A DNA stretch of 58,111 bases, counting the filler, from Catajapyx aquilonaris (Eukaryota), in NCBI GenBank assembly GCA_000934665.2. It is 4 parts of 4 records of this genome, joined end to end, with 100 filler letters (N's around TTAATTAATTAA, not from the genome) between each part and the next. Parts side by side here need not be neighbours in the genome. Positions count along the whole stretch, not along the records: positions 14,540 to 28,979 come from JYFJ02007777.1; positions 29,080 to 43,575 come from JYFJ02007778.1; 2 more parts are not named here. One strand, given 5' to 3'. Every line of letters begins with the position of its first letter. The stretch's first letter is position 1. Positions 26,294 through 39,739 of the stretch are shown one piece after another. The notes under the pieces were generated by a model. That model searched no databases. It was not told the DNA's origin and saw only the letters and a list, made by a program, of their open reading frames with translations. Both the position numbers and the translations under genes were made by a program.

Positions 26294-27196
26294 CTGTACA
26301 CTATTATTAGGTGTTTATCATCAAGTAATAGCCTGTAGAATAATTATTACAGTGTATGTTTTACGAAATGAGATGAAACAAAATTTAACTGCCACCCAAG
26401 TAATTATAATTGTCAATTCATTTTTTGTATGCCTTTTAACGCGGTTATGCAGAGAACATAGTATTTTACAATAATTTCAAGTTTTATGACATAGTGACTG
26501 ATATTTTTTTGCCGTATCATGCTTCTATATCTCACAGAAACATCAATTGAATATTTAGTATTTTATTCATACGTAAGTTCATGTAACCCCGCCCCCTTTT
26601 TTACCTCCCACACTGCTCAACTCGGCTCAACTGCACTCCTTATGATAATATATTGTTATTATAACTTTCGCTCAGTCAATTATCGTGAACTAGCTATGTG
26701 GGAGACTGTGGCAAATGTTTTTTCCGTAGGCCACCCAGCTTGGTAAGCTATTGGTAAAATCTGCATAAATTATTCCAGTGTAGACATAAAATTAGCCAGA
26801 CGCGTTTGAGACATACACACTTGACTATAGTGAAAGCAGAGATTGAGGCGGAGTCGTGCCTACATCATCGTGTCACTGAACCTAATAATAAATGATCACG
26901 TTCAAATGCTTGCACATGGCAAATTACTACAAAATCCCTGCAAAATACCAAGTTAATTGTCTTCGTCTTGCGCTGTAACATTCCTAGTTCAAAATTCACA
27001 ACATTCATTTAGTGACATTTCAAAGTGCAATACGTAGACTAATTTATTGACCAGCCTCTGAACTATGTACTGTACAGTACGAGGTAACTGATTATCAGCA
27101 GGACGCATTCTGAATGTGAGTAGAAGCCGAATATAAATGGCGCAAGAAACAGTCTCATCTAAGCTGACACCACCCGTGTCGAGTTAAGTAGCTTAC

Positions 27197-27346
27197 CTGA
27201 GAGTCGGAAATGCAAGGAGGTTCTCAAGTTGACATGCGGCTGACCACAACTTCGCTGCACGTCAGCAAGGCAGGATCCGGCCTTTCTCTGGGTTCGCCAG
27301 GTCAACCTGCTGTCGACTCGACCCCGACACACCACAATGAGAGACT
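27197..27346 (-). other. Putative non-coding first exon (Inr to splice donor)
   Basis: Minus-strand TCAGTC initiator at 27348-27343 and a strong donor CAG|GTAAGC at 27197. TGACG/TACGTAA motifs lie 70-100 nt upstream. Confidence 0.35.
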
Positions 27347-27767
27347 GAGAGTGGAGAAATAAAATGGGGGAAGTTGCTCATTGTTTTACCTCGTTTCCAC
27401 GAGGGCGAGATCTAGTGCTACGTAAGTTAGATGACGTAGTATGACGAGGAAAGTGGCCATAGCAAAGAAGTATAAAAAATAATGAGGTGATGTAATGTAT
27501 GGACGACCTGCTTACAAAATAATGGAAGCACGTGTATAAATACATGCTTTTCTATCATATGCACATGAATGTGGTTTGAATCTTATGTAGCTGTGAAGGC
27601 GTATAGCAAGACACTGACCTTGACATTTTATTAGTATCTGCTGGTAGGTGTACAGTAGATATGTGAGTTGTAGAAATAAGGTCAAAGGTGCCATCGTTGG
27701 CCTTGATGGCTAAGGTTGGTGGAAGGATAGGCATACTCCACCAAACCTATAGCCACCTCAGCCCGTG

Positions 27768-27810
27768 GTTGTTGTTGTTGCTGCTGCTGTTATTGCTGCT
27801 GTTGTTGCTT
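27768..27810. repeat. (TTG/CTG)n microsatellite
   Basis: GTTGTTGTTGTTGCTGCTGCTGTTATTGCTGCTGTTGTTGC. Confidence 0.8.
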
Positions 27811-28479
27811 GTAATTAACGTATAGTGGATACTGTTTTAATGGTAGACTACAGGTGTATTTAGAGTACTGCAGGCGAAATCCCACTAATAGAGGCAAATA
27901 ACGAGGGTAACCTCATTATATTCTCTAGCTGGCATAGTGCCTAACATACAGTACCTAATGTATGTGTACAAATACCCACCAGGAGAGTAATTAACTAGCC
28001 AGCCATACCGGAATAATACTGTAGCGATCTCCGGTTTTCTAGGACTGATTAGATTTAACAATATTGTGCAATGTACGGGAGGAAATTAACGCTCACTATT
28101 CAGATCCTTCATAATTGCAATAATTATTCATATAAAATGGGACAGACAAACCTGTAGTAACTATAGGCAGCATCTCGTGCAGTGACAGGTTGATATATGG
28201 TTAGAAATGGCGTGGTTTAATTACGTTTTATTGAATAAGCCAAAGCAAGTAAAGAGGAGCCGCGTAGCTATATTAGGGCAGAGAGAGAGACAGACAGACA
28301 TACGTACTGTACTAGCAGAGACAGACGTGGTCATTCAGAACCCTACTGAGAAACACGTAGTGTAACACCGATCCAGTATCTCCTTACCAGCAAGCGAACG
28401 TGAATAATAACCCAGGGTGGGAGATATGATATGGTTACTGAACAGTTAGTAAGAATAATATCCGAGTTACTTGACAGAC

Positions 28480-28730
28480 TAAGGCCGGAATCGCGGTGTC
28501 TCCCACATGTATGCTCCTGCAAGTCACGTGACGCCTGTAAACATGGCGGCCGGTAAAGGAGCCTTATATCTAAAGGAGACGTCCATCGTGGTGAACTAGC
28601 TTATCGGCTCTTTAATCGGCCGGACTAACCCCCCCGCAACCCCCAGATATCACTTGCAAAGCCTGGTATCCGTGACGCAATGGGCTCTAACAGCCAATCC
28701 CGGAACAGGCTTCTCGCGCGGGTTGCATGT
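28480..28730 (-). promoter_or_regulatory. Promoter-like CpG-rich motif cluster
   Basis: GTCACGTGAC E-box, AACATGGCGGC (YY1/Pho-like), GTGACGCAAT and CCAAT lie upstream of a minus-strand TTAGTC Inr (28482) and donor CTG|GTAAGG (28388). Confidence 0.35.
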
Positions 28731-28979
28731 GGGATGTGTGTAGGTGGGGGCAAGGGTGGGGGTGGGGGTTTCTCTGTCAAGGTTGGGGGGTAGGGTGGCA
28801 ATCATCGGCGTAGGGCCCTAGGTGCGCAATGTGAACCATGTGGCCGGCGGGCGGTGCATATCCTTCCCGACTATACAATGAGCATCCAAACTGGCCCTCG
28901 GGCTGCCCCTGGGTGCACCCCACACCATTGCATTGCATTCGGTTGGGGATGTGGTGATAAATCCGACATTACAGAACTG

Positions 28980-29079
28980 NNNNNNNNNNNNNNNNNNNNN
29001 NNNNNNNNNNNNNNNNNNNNNNNTTAATTAATTAANNNNNNNNNNNNNNNNNNNNNNNNNNNNNNNNNNNNNNNNNNNN
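28980..29079. other. Artificial contig spacer
   Basis: N44-TTAATTAATTAA-N44. Confidence 0.97.
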
Positions 29080-29240
29080 GCAACTAAACTGCAGTACTAG
29101 GCATTTACAATTATTTTGTGGCTAAGTCCCCTCGCCTGGAATCTTTCCCTCCAGCCACACCTGTTCCTCCCAACTCGACTACAGGCAAAATCAATTGATA
29201 TAAAATGCCATCCTACTAAAGCACAACTAAGTATGTTTAC

Positions 29241-29587
29241 CCTGTCCACTTCATCTTCAAGTCCCTTGATCTTCATCCTGCATGATTCCAGCTCCTCTCG
29301 CATATGCTCCGTCTGTAAAATGCATTTAAAATTAACTTATTTATCAAGCGCAACCATCCCCATACAGCTGCGTTTTGATGAGACCAAAAAAAAACTCACA
29401 TTACTCACTCGCAAAAGGAAATTACGGCTTTCTTAGAATAACCCACAAGGGAAAATTTCAGACACAAATCGCCCACTTCTGCCAAGCTCTCTAACTTACA
29501 CCAATTAAGTATACCATATCCCCCCGACAAACGTGAGTACTTGATGCCTTCCTTTTTGCATCACTCTTCAATTAATTAGGGCCAGCC

Positions 29588-29648
<61 letters not shown>

Positions 29649-32600
29649 TAAAGCAGCCATCAACGGAGTGGGTTAAATGTGCTCTTAATGTAAGACGATG
29701 GTCTCATTAAGGGCAAAATAATTTTAAAAACATACTGTATGCACCAGGAATTACATGTGTATGGCAAAATGAACCATTCAATTAGCTGCTGGCTTATGAG
29801 ACACTGAAAAGATAAACTCTCTCAAACCATCCTATACAAATGGTAAAAACCTCCTTACTTCTTCAACAACCCCACTTGAGCTTGAGTTTAGTGAGTTGAT
29901 GGTGTCCTGCTGGTTCCTGAGCTGCTCCTGGAGTCTCTCCACGCCCACGCTCAGCTCCTTCGACCCTTGCTGTGAGGACAGAAAGCCTTCAAGCATGTGG
30001 TTCAGCTCAATCCCCGCCTCCGTTGCCAACTCGAGATCCCTCTCCAGAATTGCGTTCTGCTCTTCCAGCTGCTTCTGGGATGACTGTGGGGTTCATTTTG
30101 TGTTGCAGGACACCAGTGATTGAGGTTTGGATGTGGGACGAAGGCAGTGATGATGATGGTGGGTGGAGCGTGTCAACACCAATGAAAGGAAATGTTTCGT
30201 TTCCAAGGGTAGAAGAGGTTAGGAAAAGAAAAAAAAATTGAATCTCTTTACACATGGCACCTTCATGCTCAACATGCACTCATTCCATTGACACATCCTC
30301 ACGATCTACGTGTGTGTTTGTGTGTTGTAGGCATGTGATTTGTATACATCACATGCCACAAAAGTTTGCCAATATTTACATGCCAATTCATTGAAGTAAT
30401 TGCAGATTATATCAAATTACTAAGTCCCTTTTTGTGTCAACTAATTGAAACGATGTTTCAATAGCACAGTACGCCTTTTCTGCTCAATATTTCAGCACGT
30501 CATTTTCCGAAACTTAACTTTTATTCTCTCCTGAAACCTTGCTGTCTGCCTTTCAAGTAGTTCAAACATCAGTCAGGTAGTCAAGAATGTAAACATTATT
30601 AACAAGGGACACACATCATAATAAATCCTGCCATGCAGGTAGATGATTATCTGCATGAGGAAGCAAGTTCTCATTTTAGCCAGCAGACATTTTTAGTAAG
30701 GGTTGACATGTATAGGTAAATTGTGTACTTCTAGACAAAAAGGACATCACGGACTTGCAATATGTTAAAAATTTCCACATGAAAAACATGTCACATTATC
30801 TAACCTCTATGACATAAAAGGGGACAAAACCATTACAAAATTAATCTGTCAGACGGTTACCGAGTTACAACACACATTAACACATGCAACATATATGCTC
30901 CTACAATGTCATTATTTAACTAAGAATAACATAACTTCACATCACAGGAAATGCAATTAGATTGCAATGTTAGATGGTACAACAAATCTTTCTCAACTGA
31001 CTCATACTGTGTCAAAAAATATTTCAGCATCAATTTATCATGAACATAGCCGCATCATCAACACTTCCACTACAAATTCACAAACTATCCAAAATATCTG
31101 ATTGAAAATTTCGCCAATGCCGAGCCCATGTAACCAATTAACATCGCAACCACCCACTAAAGCAGAAGGGTAATTCCATGCTAGAGAGCCACAGAGGTTG
31201 ACTGATATAGGATGCGCTTTTGACTTAAAAATTATGTCCAACAAGTCAAAATCCCAGAGGATAGAGATACCACTTGATTAAGTATTGGCTCAGTCGGCAT
31301 GGAATCACCCAGTGTTTCCGAAAGTAGGGGCTGCAATGCCAAGCGACATTGTGACAGTCGTGTTGAGTTGCAATTGCAAGTAAATATGTGCATGGATTTT
31401 AAAAATCTTGCAAAATTATGTCGAGAGGATCCGACACAGTGTTTCACTCCTAGAAATCCCCTCCTTTTGCCAGAATACATTGTGATACTATCTATTCCCT
31501 CTCATGTTACTGTTACCAAGAATAGTGTAATGGTACTTGGTGCCAAACAAGGCAATTGTATAAGGAAAGTTGGGGTTGGTAAATGGATCACAAATTTTTG
31601 GACAGTGCCTTCTGAGGTTGCCAGTGAAAATGCTTTGCAAGTGCTGCACTAGTGCCTCGAGCAATAATTAACTTGTACAATGGCAAAGCCACAGGCTCCA
31701 TGAAATGAACTAGTGAGCAACAAAAAAAGTAATTTCTAAAAATATACTGCCACCTTATTGTTATAGAAAGTGAGCTTCGTAAATGTTGCAAATGATTTGT
31801 TTTTAAAAAGTTCGAATTTATTGGTTAACAAGACTGAAGGGGCGTTTACATGTGAGCAATTTGACGAGCAAAGTGGAGCGAAATCGCCGCCGAGGCTGAA
31901 ATTAACAATCGATTTTCACTTCAAACAATATTGGTTACTTGGGTTACTCAGCCTCGGCGGTGACTTCGCTCCGCTTCGCTAGTCCAATCGCTTATATGTA
32001 AACGCACCTTAAAGCCTGATTCCCCATATCCTACCACTACTAACCACAACTCATTTTTCACTGTTTATTTCAAAAGTGGAAATAATTACTTAAATTTGTC
32101 ATAGTTGCCATCCAATTAGCAAAAATGTTCTGTGGCTGCCTAACCCTGAAAAGTGTTAAAAGTGAATTAACCTCAGGGTGGATGTACTTCTGATGGGTTC
32201 CTGACTAAACAAGGATATTTACATTCTCGCATCAACACCATCGCCTTAGAGACGATCATCACCTAGCACCTCTGTGTGAGATGTCGTCTGCCTTGGTGTG
32301 ACTGGTGTTTACATTGCCCGTCGAACACACCATTTCGTGCTGGACAGTTTACATTGTTTTTGCATAGTTATTATATGAATTTCTGTATGTTTATATCCTT
32401 ATATGTGCACTGCACATTGTGAGTGTTTGTGTGTCTGTATTCATGTCATCCTTTTCATCATCCTATCCACTATATCCTTTGCGTGGCCTGACTAGTCACC
32501 AGAGGATTCATTATATTGATCATACGAGATGGCCAGGTGGATTGTACCTGGTGATCGTTGGTAACCCCATCTCGATGGGAATATGCCGTGAGTGAAATGA

Positions 32601-35600
32601 ATGAATAAATGAACAAATTATTTTCAAAGTGAAGTTCATTTTTTTCTGCGATGAACTAAATGAATGCAGCTTAGGCTACAGCAATTTTTAAAAGTTGTAG
32701 GGAATGTTCATGAGCACTTATGTTCTGGATTCACCCATTCTCATAATACCACCACTAGCTAGATACAACCCACGCCAGGAGCACATATATACACAACGTA
32801 ATGTCAGTATGTAATAGATTAAATAAACAGTAGAACAAATTTGACATGACCATACAAACATGACAAATTGGAACAATCTCTGCTAGTAATCATGCTCAAC
32901 AAAGGTTAGTATAGAAGGTGAAAAACGGGCAAAGGAGATATGGAAGTGGAAATATTTATCTTAAGGTTAATGTTGGATTAGAATGCATCTGCAAAACTTA
33001 ATCCATGAGAAACAAAATGGCAGAGCAATGCAAGTGTGTGAAACTGGTATGAAGAAAGAGAGCATGCTGAGAAGAGCAGAACGCAGAGGCTCAGGAAGAG
33101 ATCGCAAGAGTCCAGCACAATTGGTTCTTATCCTGAAGACTACATCCTTCTTAAGAAATACGGTGGGAAAAATACTCAGAAGACACCTGGAAAAGCTCCT
33201 TCAGCCCTGAAATCTTGTCAACACCCCCATTGGGTTTTAACAGTGTACCACAACCACAGAAATGCAGAGGAAAAGAAATTTCAGATAGAGTGTTGTTAGT
33301 TTTCCCCCAAGTAATTGCAACAACAATCATTAAGTAAAGTCAGAAAGAGCTACCAGTTCAAGTGGTTTTGTATGGAATGAAACTTACCTGGCTCTCTTCC
33401 AATTTGATCTCAAAATCTTTCACTTGTTCTCTCAGTATGACGAGTTCTTTTTCTTGCTGAATAAACTGAAAGAAAACAGTATCAGGCAATTGCTCAAAAT
33501 ACATTGCAGCGCAACCAAACACCACAAATTTCCTGCAATTCACCTTTCCTTCGTTACTTTCCAACTCATTGGTCGTAGCCTTCAAAGCCGAATCTGCCGA
33601 CCACAACTCCTTGCTCAATCTGGCCAGCTTCTGATTCAGTTTGCGTTTGGAAAACATTCCCTGTAAAATATGTCGGTTCCATACAGCAACGACTGCCCTT
33701 TCCACATCACTGCAACTTCTAACTTTCACACACAAACACTAACCTGAATAAAGTAGTATGGCAGGAAAAACAAGATCAATATAATGCCTACAATGCTAGT
33801 CAGTACAATGGAAGTAAGTGACACGCCTGCATTCCTCAGGTCCAAAACAGCAGCTTGCATCGAGTCTGGAAGCTATGAAAGGGAACAGGCGCTCATTATT
33901 TCAGTAAACAAAGAGTACACACAGAGCAGAAATTGTACTCACCAATCCCATGACAATTGAAATGGCAGATTTAATTGCAGCCAGTGGTGGGAATAAGTCG
34001 TCAGCTGGTGTACTGCCGGATGACTCAGCTGATTCAAAGGCGAGTCTTTCCGGTAAATCTGCATTCAAAAAAATAAGTTATTTGTTTCGGGTTTGGGTTG
34101 GCAACAGGGTTGTGGACAAAAATTTGAAACGCCTTTAAAAATCTGTCCCCCATTTAAAGAAATTCCAGCAAAGAAATATCAAAATTATCTTTTCCACAGT
34201 GAAGTCCAGTAAAAAAATTACTTGTCTCTTGTGAGTGAATAAGACATTATGTCTGGTACGCCTCACCCAGGATGTAGCATCATCCTGCAATGGGTATGTG
34301 CTATATCATCACAACTGCTTATAGCTTTGTTTACTGATTGCACGCTCTGATTTAGTGCACATTCATATGCAGTAATTAGAGCTACAGTGACACAAAAATC
34401 ACATATGACATCACTGCTTTATTTGGTGGGTTTAATTTTTGTCACTGTTTTGGGGAGTAATAATTCAGGAGTACTGCACACCCGAGACAATTCAAAGTGC
34501 AACATATATATTAATCTTTCTCACAAAAAAAAAAGGCCAAACGTACCAGAAAGATCATCCTGTACGACTGGGACCGCTGTGGCAGCACCATCCACGTTCA
34601 ACTGGTCCTCTTCCGCTTCCTGCAGCAATGAATCTGGATCATTCATGTGCAGCCTCCGTGGGTAATATATATCGTCCTTGAATTCTGTTGGAACCTCATT
34701 AATTGCAGAGGATGGAGTGGTTGCTTCAGCATCAACCATCCATGAATACTGCTGCGATTCAGGTGAATCATGAACAGGATTCTCTGTGAAAAATTCATCC
34801 TTCTCCCTCGAAGGCATCTTTGAACTGAACCAGGGCACCTCTGCTGGTTCCTTTTGTTCACTGCTATTAAAATTCTCCAGTTTCATTTCATTCATCTTTG
34901 ATTCAATGTCTTCTAAACTACTCTTTAATTTTTCCCTTTGCATGCCCGATGTTTGTATAATATTTTTAAATTCATCGGCACTAACACTGGATCCTTCAAG
35001 TGAACCTAAGGAATTCTCTGCACTGTCCATGGTTGCTTCTGTATTGACTTCCGAATTTAATTCACCACTGTTATACGCTTCCCTTTTCTTAGCTTCCTCT
35101 TCTTCTTTTCTCGTAGTTTCTTCTTCAGCCTTCAGCCTTATCTCCTCCTCTTCTCTTTTCTTTGCTTCCTGTTCTTCCCGTTGCTGTGCCTCCTTTTCTT
35201 CCTTTCTCTGGGCTTCCTCCTCTTCCTCCTTTCTCTTTGCCTCCTCTTCTGCTCTCCTCCTTGCCTGCTCCTCTTCCTCCCTTCTCTTGGCTTCCTCCTC
35301 TTCCCTTCTCTTTGCCTCCTCCTCTTCCCTTTGTTTAGTCTCTTCTTCCTTTCGCTTCTCTTCCTCCTCTGCTTTCCTCTTTGCTTCTTCTTCTTCCCTT
35401 TGTTTGACCTCCTCTTCCATCTTTTGCTTTTCTTCTTCCTCGGCCTTCCTCTTTGCTTCTTCTTCTTCCCTTTGTTTGACCTCCTCTTCCTTCTTTTGCT
35501 TTTCTTCTTCCTCGGCCTTCCTCTTTGCTTCTTCTTCTTCCCTTTGTTTGACCTCCTCTTCCAGTTTTCGTTTTTCTTCTTCCTCTGCCTTCCTCTTTGC

Positions 35601-38600
35601 TTCTTCTTCCCTTTGTTTTGCCTCCACTTCGATCTTTCGCTTTTCCTCCTCCTCCTCTGCCTTCCTTTTTTCTTCTTCCTCCTCCATTTGTTTGGCCTCT
35701 TCTTCCACCCGTTGCTTTTCTTCCTCCTCCGCCTTCCTCTTTGCCTCCTCCTCTTCCCTTTGTTTGGCATCCTCTTCCATCTTTCGCCTTTCTTCCTCCT
35801 CTGCCTTCCTCTTTGCTTCTTCTTCTTCCTGCCTTTGCTTTGCCTCCTCCTCTTCTTTTCTTTTTGCCTCTTCCTGTGGTTCATCTTTAGCCTCTTCAGA
35901 CCCACTCCCATGAGTTTCATCCTCCTTCACATCCTTTGAGGAAACTTCACCGCTCTCTTCGGATCCATCTCCGGAGCCACTGAACCACCCATCAAACCAA
36001 CCCTTTTGCTCCCCCTCTGGAGGTGGTTCTGTGGTATCCTCATTAGCTTCTCCAGATGTTGGTGGTGGAGGCATTTCCAAATCATTAGGCATCTCGGTTG
36101 TCCCAGTTTCAAGTTGTGGCTCCACAATTGGTCTGTCAGAAGTTAACACTGATTCATTAGGCATGTCTTGCCCTGCACTAGGCATGTCTTGCAGTGGAGG
36201 TTCTTGCATTGAGTTGGTGTTGACTGCATCGTTCAAGTAATTTGGCTGGTTGATATTCAGGTCCGCTCCCTCACCCTTTGTTTCAGTATTCTTGATGTGT
36301 TCATACACATTTCCCTCAGCATTATCCTTAGTGTCTTCACTGGCAATGACGGAAGCAGCACTGGAGCCACCAAGCTGTACTGCAGGTGCATCCACTGGTT
36401 CACTTGTTGCGGCACTAGCGCCAGCACTTGTTGTATCAGGTAAAAAAGTTTTAGTATCAAGGGCTGGGGATTTTGGGACACCATCACTGTGTTGTGTAGT
36501 ACTTTCCGATGCATTTTTCTTTTCCTCTTCCTCCTCACTCTCATCATATTCATCTTCCTCATCATCATCCTCTCCATCATCATCATCATCATCATCAGCA
36601 TCTTCTTCATCTTCATCATTCTCGGGTTCTCTTGCATTATTGAACTTGTCAAACATCGCACTCACACTAGAAAAACTTGTGGCCATGGAGTCATCCATGA
36701 TTGAGGCTTGAGTGGGTTCTATAACCTGTGGAACCAAAAAAAGGTTTTAATTGCTGTCGTGTAAACACAACTGTTTGTATACACCATTCCCTAACATGAA
36801 CAACCAGCAAAAGAGCAGAATTTTAAAATGCGTACGGATTCAACCATAGGAACATTTCTTAAAGTGACACTTTCAGAATGCTTCAAGAAATACACTACAA
36901 CCACTCGTTGGAAGAATGGAAATTTACTTAAACATGGCATTGGTTTTTCGCGTTTCAATAATAAATAAACAATGTTTCTTGCAGTCCATCTCACAGCTCA
37001 AACTGGGAGTAAGAAGCCTCTTTTCCCTGCCTTCTCAAGACTTATTTTCTGCCTTCAAAAGTAAACAATTTATAAACTCTACATTAATATCGTTTAATTT
37101 ATAAATTACTTTTGAGCGTTCACAATAAAATCTTCACACAGAGTGGTATCATGCATAAATTAACCCATGTGTCAATAAGGCTGGTTGGATGGTCTGACAC
37201 TAAATCCAGAACAAGTTATTAATCCATGAATTGTCAATTTGTTCTATCACTGACCCATGCAACTGGCCCTTTGGAAGCATACCACCCAATATTTAAATTC
37301 AACTCACTTCATCTCCTGTGCCACCAACAGTGTAAGCGGTAGCTTTCACGAGAACATCTTCAACCACAGGTGTAACAGTAGTCGGGTCAACATCATAGTC
37401 AACCGGAATGGAGGTGCCATCAATCACTTCATGGTACACTGCTGGCGAGGGAATGGAAGCTGTAGGCTCAGGGATGTCTTCAGCAGCTGCACCAGCTATT
37501 AATGAAGAGAACCATGCGGAGGAAGGCTCTTTCTTGTGGCTTGGCTCCATGCTGCCTGAATCCATGCTCGAATCCATGCCAAACTCACCACTTGTAGAAA
37601 TTGTGACCAAAGAGCTGTGTTTCACGAAGCGCTTTGTCTCCCTAAGGAATTGTTTTGGGGCCAACCCACGCTTACCATCAATCTGGATTAATTAGAAAAA
37701 GAAATGTTAATGCTGTTCCACATTGTAGAGTATTTTGCAAATGCTCACCTCAACCAAGTAATATTCATTGCCCTTCTCACTTCCTCTTGAAAAAATTTTC
37801 ACCTCCATGTTTTTACGAAATGATAATATTCCAGGCGAAGGACTGTTATACATCAGAAGTGTTTTTGCATGTGCAATTTCAACTGAAACGGGGAAAAAAT
37901 CACGCATTAATCACAAGATGACACAACAACTAATGTATGACTTGTTACATTATCTCTGACTTATTTCTACCCATAGAAGTGGCTAATCAAGGGCATGTCT
38001 ACAGCATCTCACCCTTCACATGGTCCATAAAATATCTAATATCAATCCTGTCCTACACCCTTTTGACAACATTGCAATGTAACGTAGCATTAGTTCTTCA
38101 ATAGTCTTAAAAAATTTGGAGACAGAGTGACACCACTAGAAAAAGATTTCACTTTTCTAAATACGTTCAATGGTTATCCCTATACCTCTTGTATGTAGCA
38201 GTAGTGTTGCTAATCAAGATTATTAGTTTACTGCTTATGCAAAATTAGGTTTTGATACATTAAAGTACTCCTGTTTTACAATGGTCCATTTAATAACATT
38301 TCATAGTGCCGACCTCTTTAAACTTACATTTAAAATATGAACAATTCAAATTAAAACGTGAAAAAATTGAAAACAACAATCACTGCTGCAAAGACGAGAA
38401 AGGAACCCTCAAAACCTGATGACCCTCAACTCAGAACCTCCCATTGAAGATGCAAATGAAATGCTTCAAATACTCAGCATAAAAAGTGCTGCACATGTAA
38501 AAATTTGAGATATTTTGGAACATATCCAATTCAAATTGCGTTATAATTGGTCCTTTTGCAACTTTTCACTTTACGGCCCTGTTTCACCGGAACCTAACCC

Positions 38601-39454
38601 AATCGTAAAATGTGGGCTTCCTGTCATATAATCCAAGATTTATATATAATATTAGATGTACATGATTTGTATATAAATACACCCACATTGCTAGTTTCTG
38701 GCAGGTAATGATACATTACATGACTCATCAAGTCCTTGCTCTTCCGCATTTGAGGGGTGTGGTGGAAAGTGGTGATAACCCTCATTTTTATCATTTTTGA
38801 CCATAAACACCTAGCAATAAAAGACATGACAAACAGTTTGCTATACTCCAAGTTCACGTATCATGTACGATATGGCCACACGAACTAAATAAAAACCAGA
38901 ATTCCCTATGACTTGTGAAGAGAGTGCCAACTTAAATTTGCTCTTCTGAAAAATTACATGTTTTTCCACCACACCCCTCATCTGTTGATGTTTTCAATCG
39001 ACAAGAAATCCAGCACTCAATTCACACCTATTACGCCATTCATGTTCTGGCACTATTCATCCGGTACAAAGCAGCTCCTTGCATAACCTTGAGCAACCAT
39101 GCAATCCTTAGTTCTCCCCGGTGGAATTATAATCACATGTGAACTCAAGCACGGCATCTTGCATAACTTTCTCACACTGGCCTGGGCTAATTTTTTTTAC
39201 CCAAAATTGTTGCGCAGGTTGAAGTCCGTCCGACGCTACAGTATAACTAACCGCTCGGAATGAACATGTTTGTTCTATTAGTGACCGCCTGATGCGACTA
39301 ACCCAGGCCTAGTGCACGTACCTAGGCATTCCTTGTCACCGCAGAGCATCTGTTCCCTCCCGGTGCCATCCTTCTGGCCCTCAGCCCCCACCAGGAGGAG
39401 CACCAGTGCCAGGGCACCCAGACAGCACCAGACCCATCGGTCCATCAGCCACAT
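29241..39454 (-). CDS. Tango1: Transport and Golgi organization protein 1 (TANGO1/MIA3) ortholog, multi-exon, 3'-truncated by contig end
   Basis: Phase-consistent GT-AG exons on the minus strand: 39454(or 39445)-39322, 37882-37749, 37682-37308, 36725-34547, 34058-33943, 33872-33744, 33660-33544, 33465-33388, 30083-29859, 29312-29241. They encode a signal peptide, an MIA-type SH3 domain (LCGDKEC..AKTLLMY..ILSFRKNMEVKIFS..VEIDGKRGLAPKQFLRE), a long acidic luminal region, two hydrophobic segments (IVLTSIVGIILILFFLPYYFI) and a cytosolic coiled coil with LELATEAGIELNHML. The proline-rich C-terminus lies beyond the contig end. Confidence 0.9.
29589..29650. repeat. (TTA)n microsatellite, intronic
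   Basis: About 20 perfect TTA units. Confidence 0.95.
31838..32009. mobile_element. PIF/Harbinger-like hairpin MITE in a Tango1 intron
   Basis: TGA|AGGGGCGTTTACATGTGAGC..GGAGCGAAATCGCCGCCGAGGCTGA...TCAGCCTCGGCGGTGACTTCGCTCC..GCTTATATGTAAACGCACCT|TAA. Confidence 0.7.
35080..35890 (-). repeat. Coding tandem repeat (72-bp / 24-aa unit) encoding an ER/K-rich helix in TANGO1
   Basis: TGTTTGACC recurs at 35401, 35473 and 35545 (72-bp period). Protein unit EEEAKRKAEEEEKQKxEEEVKQRE. Confidence 0.9.
38752..38979. mobile_element. Sola-like MITE in Tango1 intron 1
   Basis: ATTT|GAGGGGTGTGGTGGAAA...TTTCCACCACACCCCTC|ATCT. Confidence 0.75.
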
Positions 39455-39739
39455 CACTCCTGTTCGATCCACCACTCAATAATAAAAAAGTCCTCCTCTC
39501 TCAGTTCCTGGTCCACGTCCACATGAATCTGGCCCACTTATCCAGCAGACTATGCCCCCACACTTACTGGCTCGTGGTGGAGACGGCTGGGCGAAGTGGA
39601 AGAAAAAGGAACGGTAGTGAAAAAGTATGCGGACAAAAAAAATAAGAAAAAGAACGGAAGATGATGGCCACTGGGATTCATCACCAGCTGGAGATCCACT
39701 AGGGGGAGGAGGAGGAGGAAGGGAGGGTCGCTGTGCATC

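Noticed and set aside
14540..28979. Protein-coding genes or Hox-cluster miRNAs in contig 2
   Set aside because: Short ORFs show no recognisable domains, and I did not spot miR-10, miR-993 or iab-4 mature sequences by eye (not an exhaustive search).
29100..29178. Next Tango1 exon after 29241
   Set aside because: An acceptor exists but the frame stops after 18 codons and the only donor is weak; cannot be resolved at the contig end.
32230..32615. Ribozyme or structured ncRNA in the Tango1 intron
   Set aside because: No complete hammerhead or HDV core; the (TGAA)n ending suggests an ordinary retroposon 3' fragment.
34786..35939. Long ORFs of 375, 260 and 252 aa overlapping the Tango1 exon
   Set aside because: Antisense or alternative-frame shadows of the low-complexity GAR/AAR repeat.
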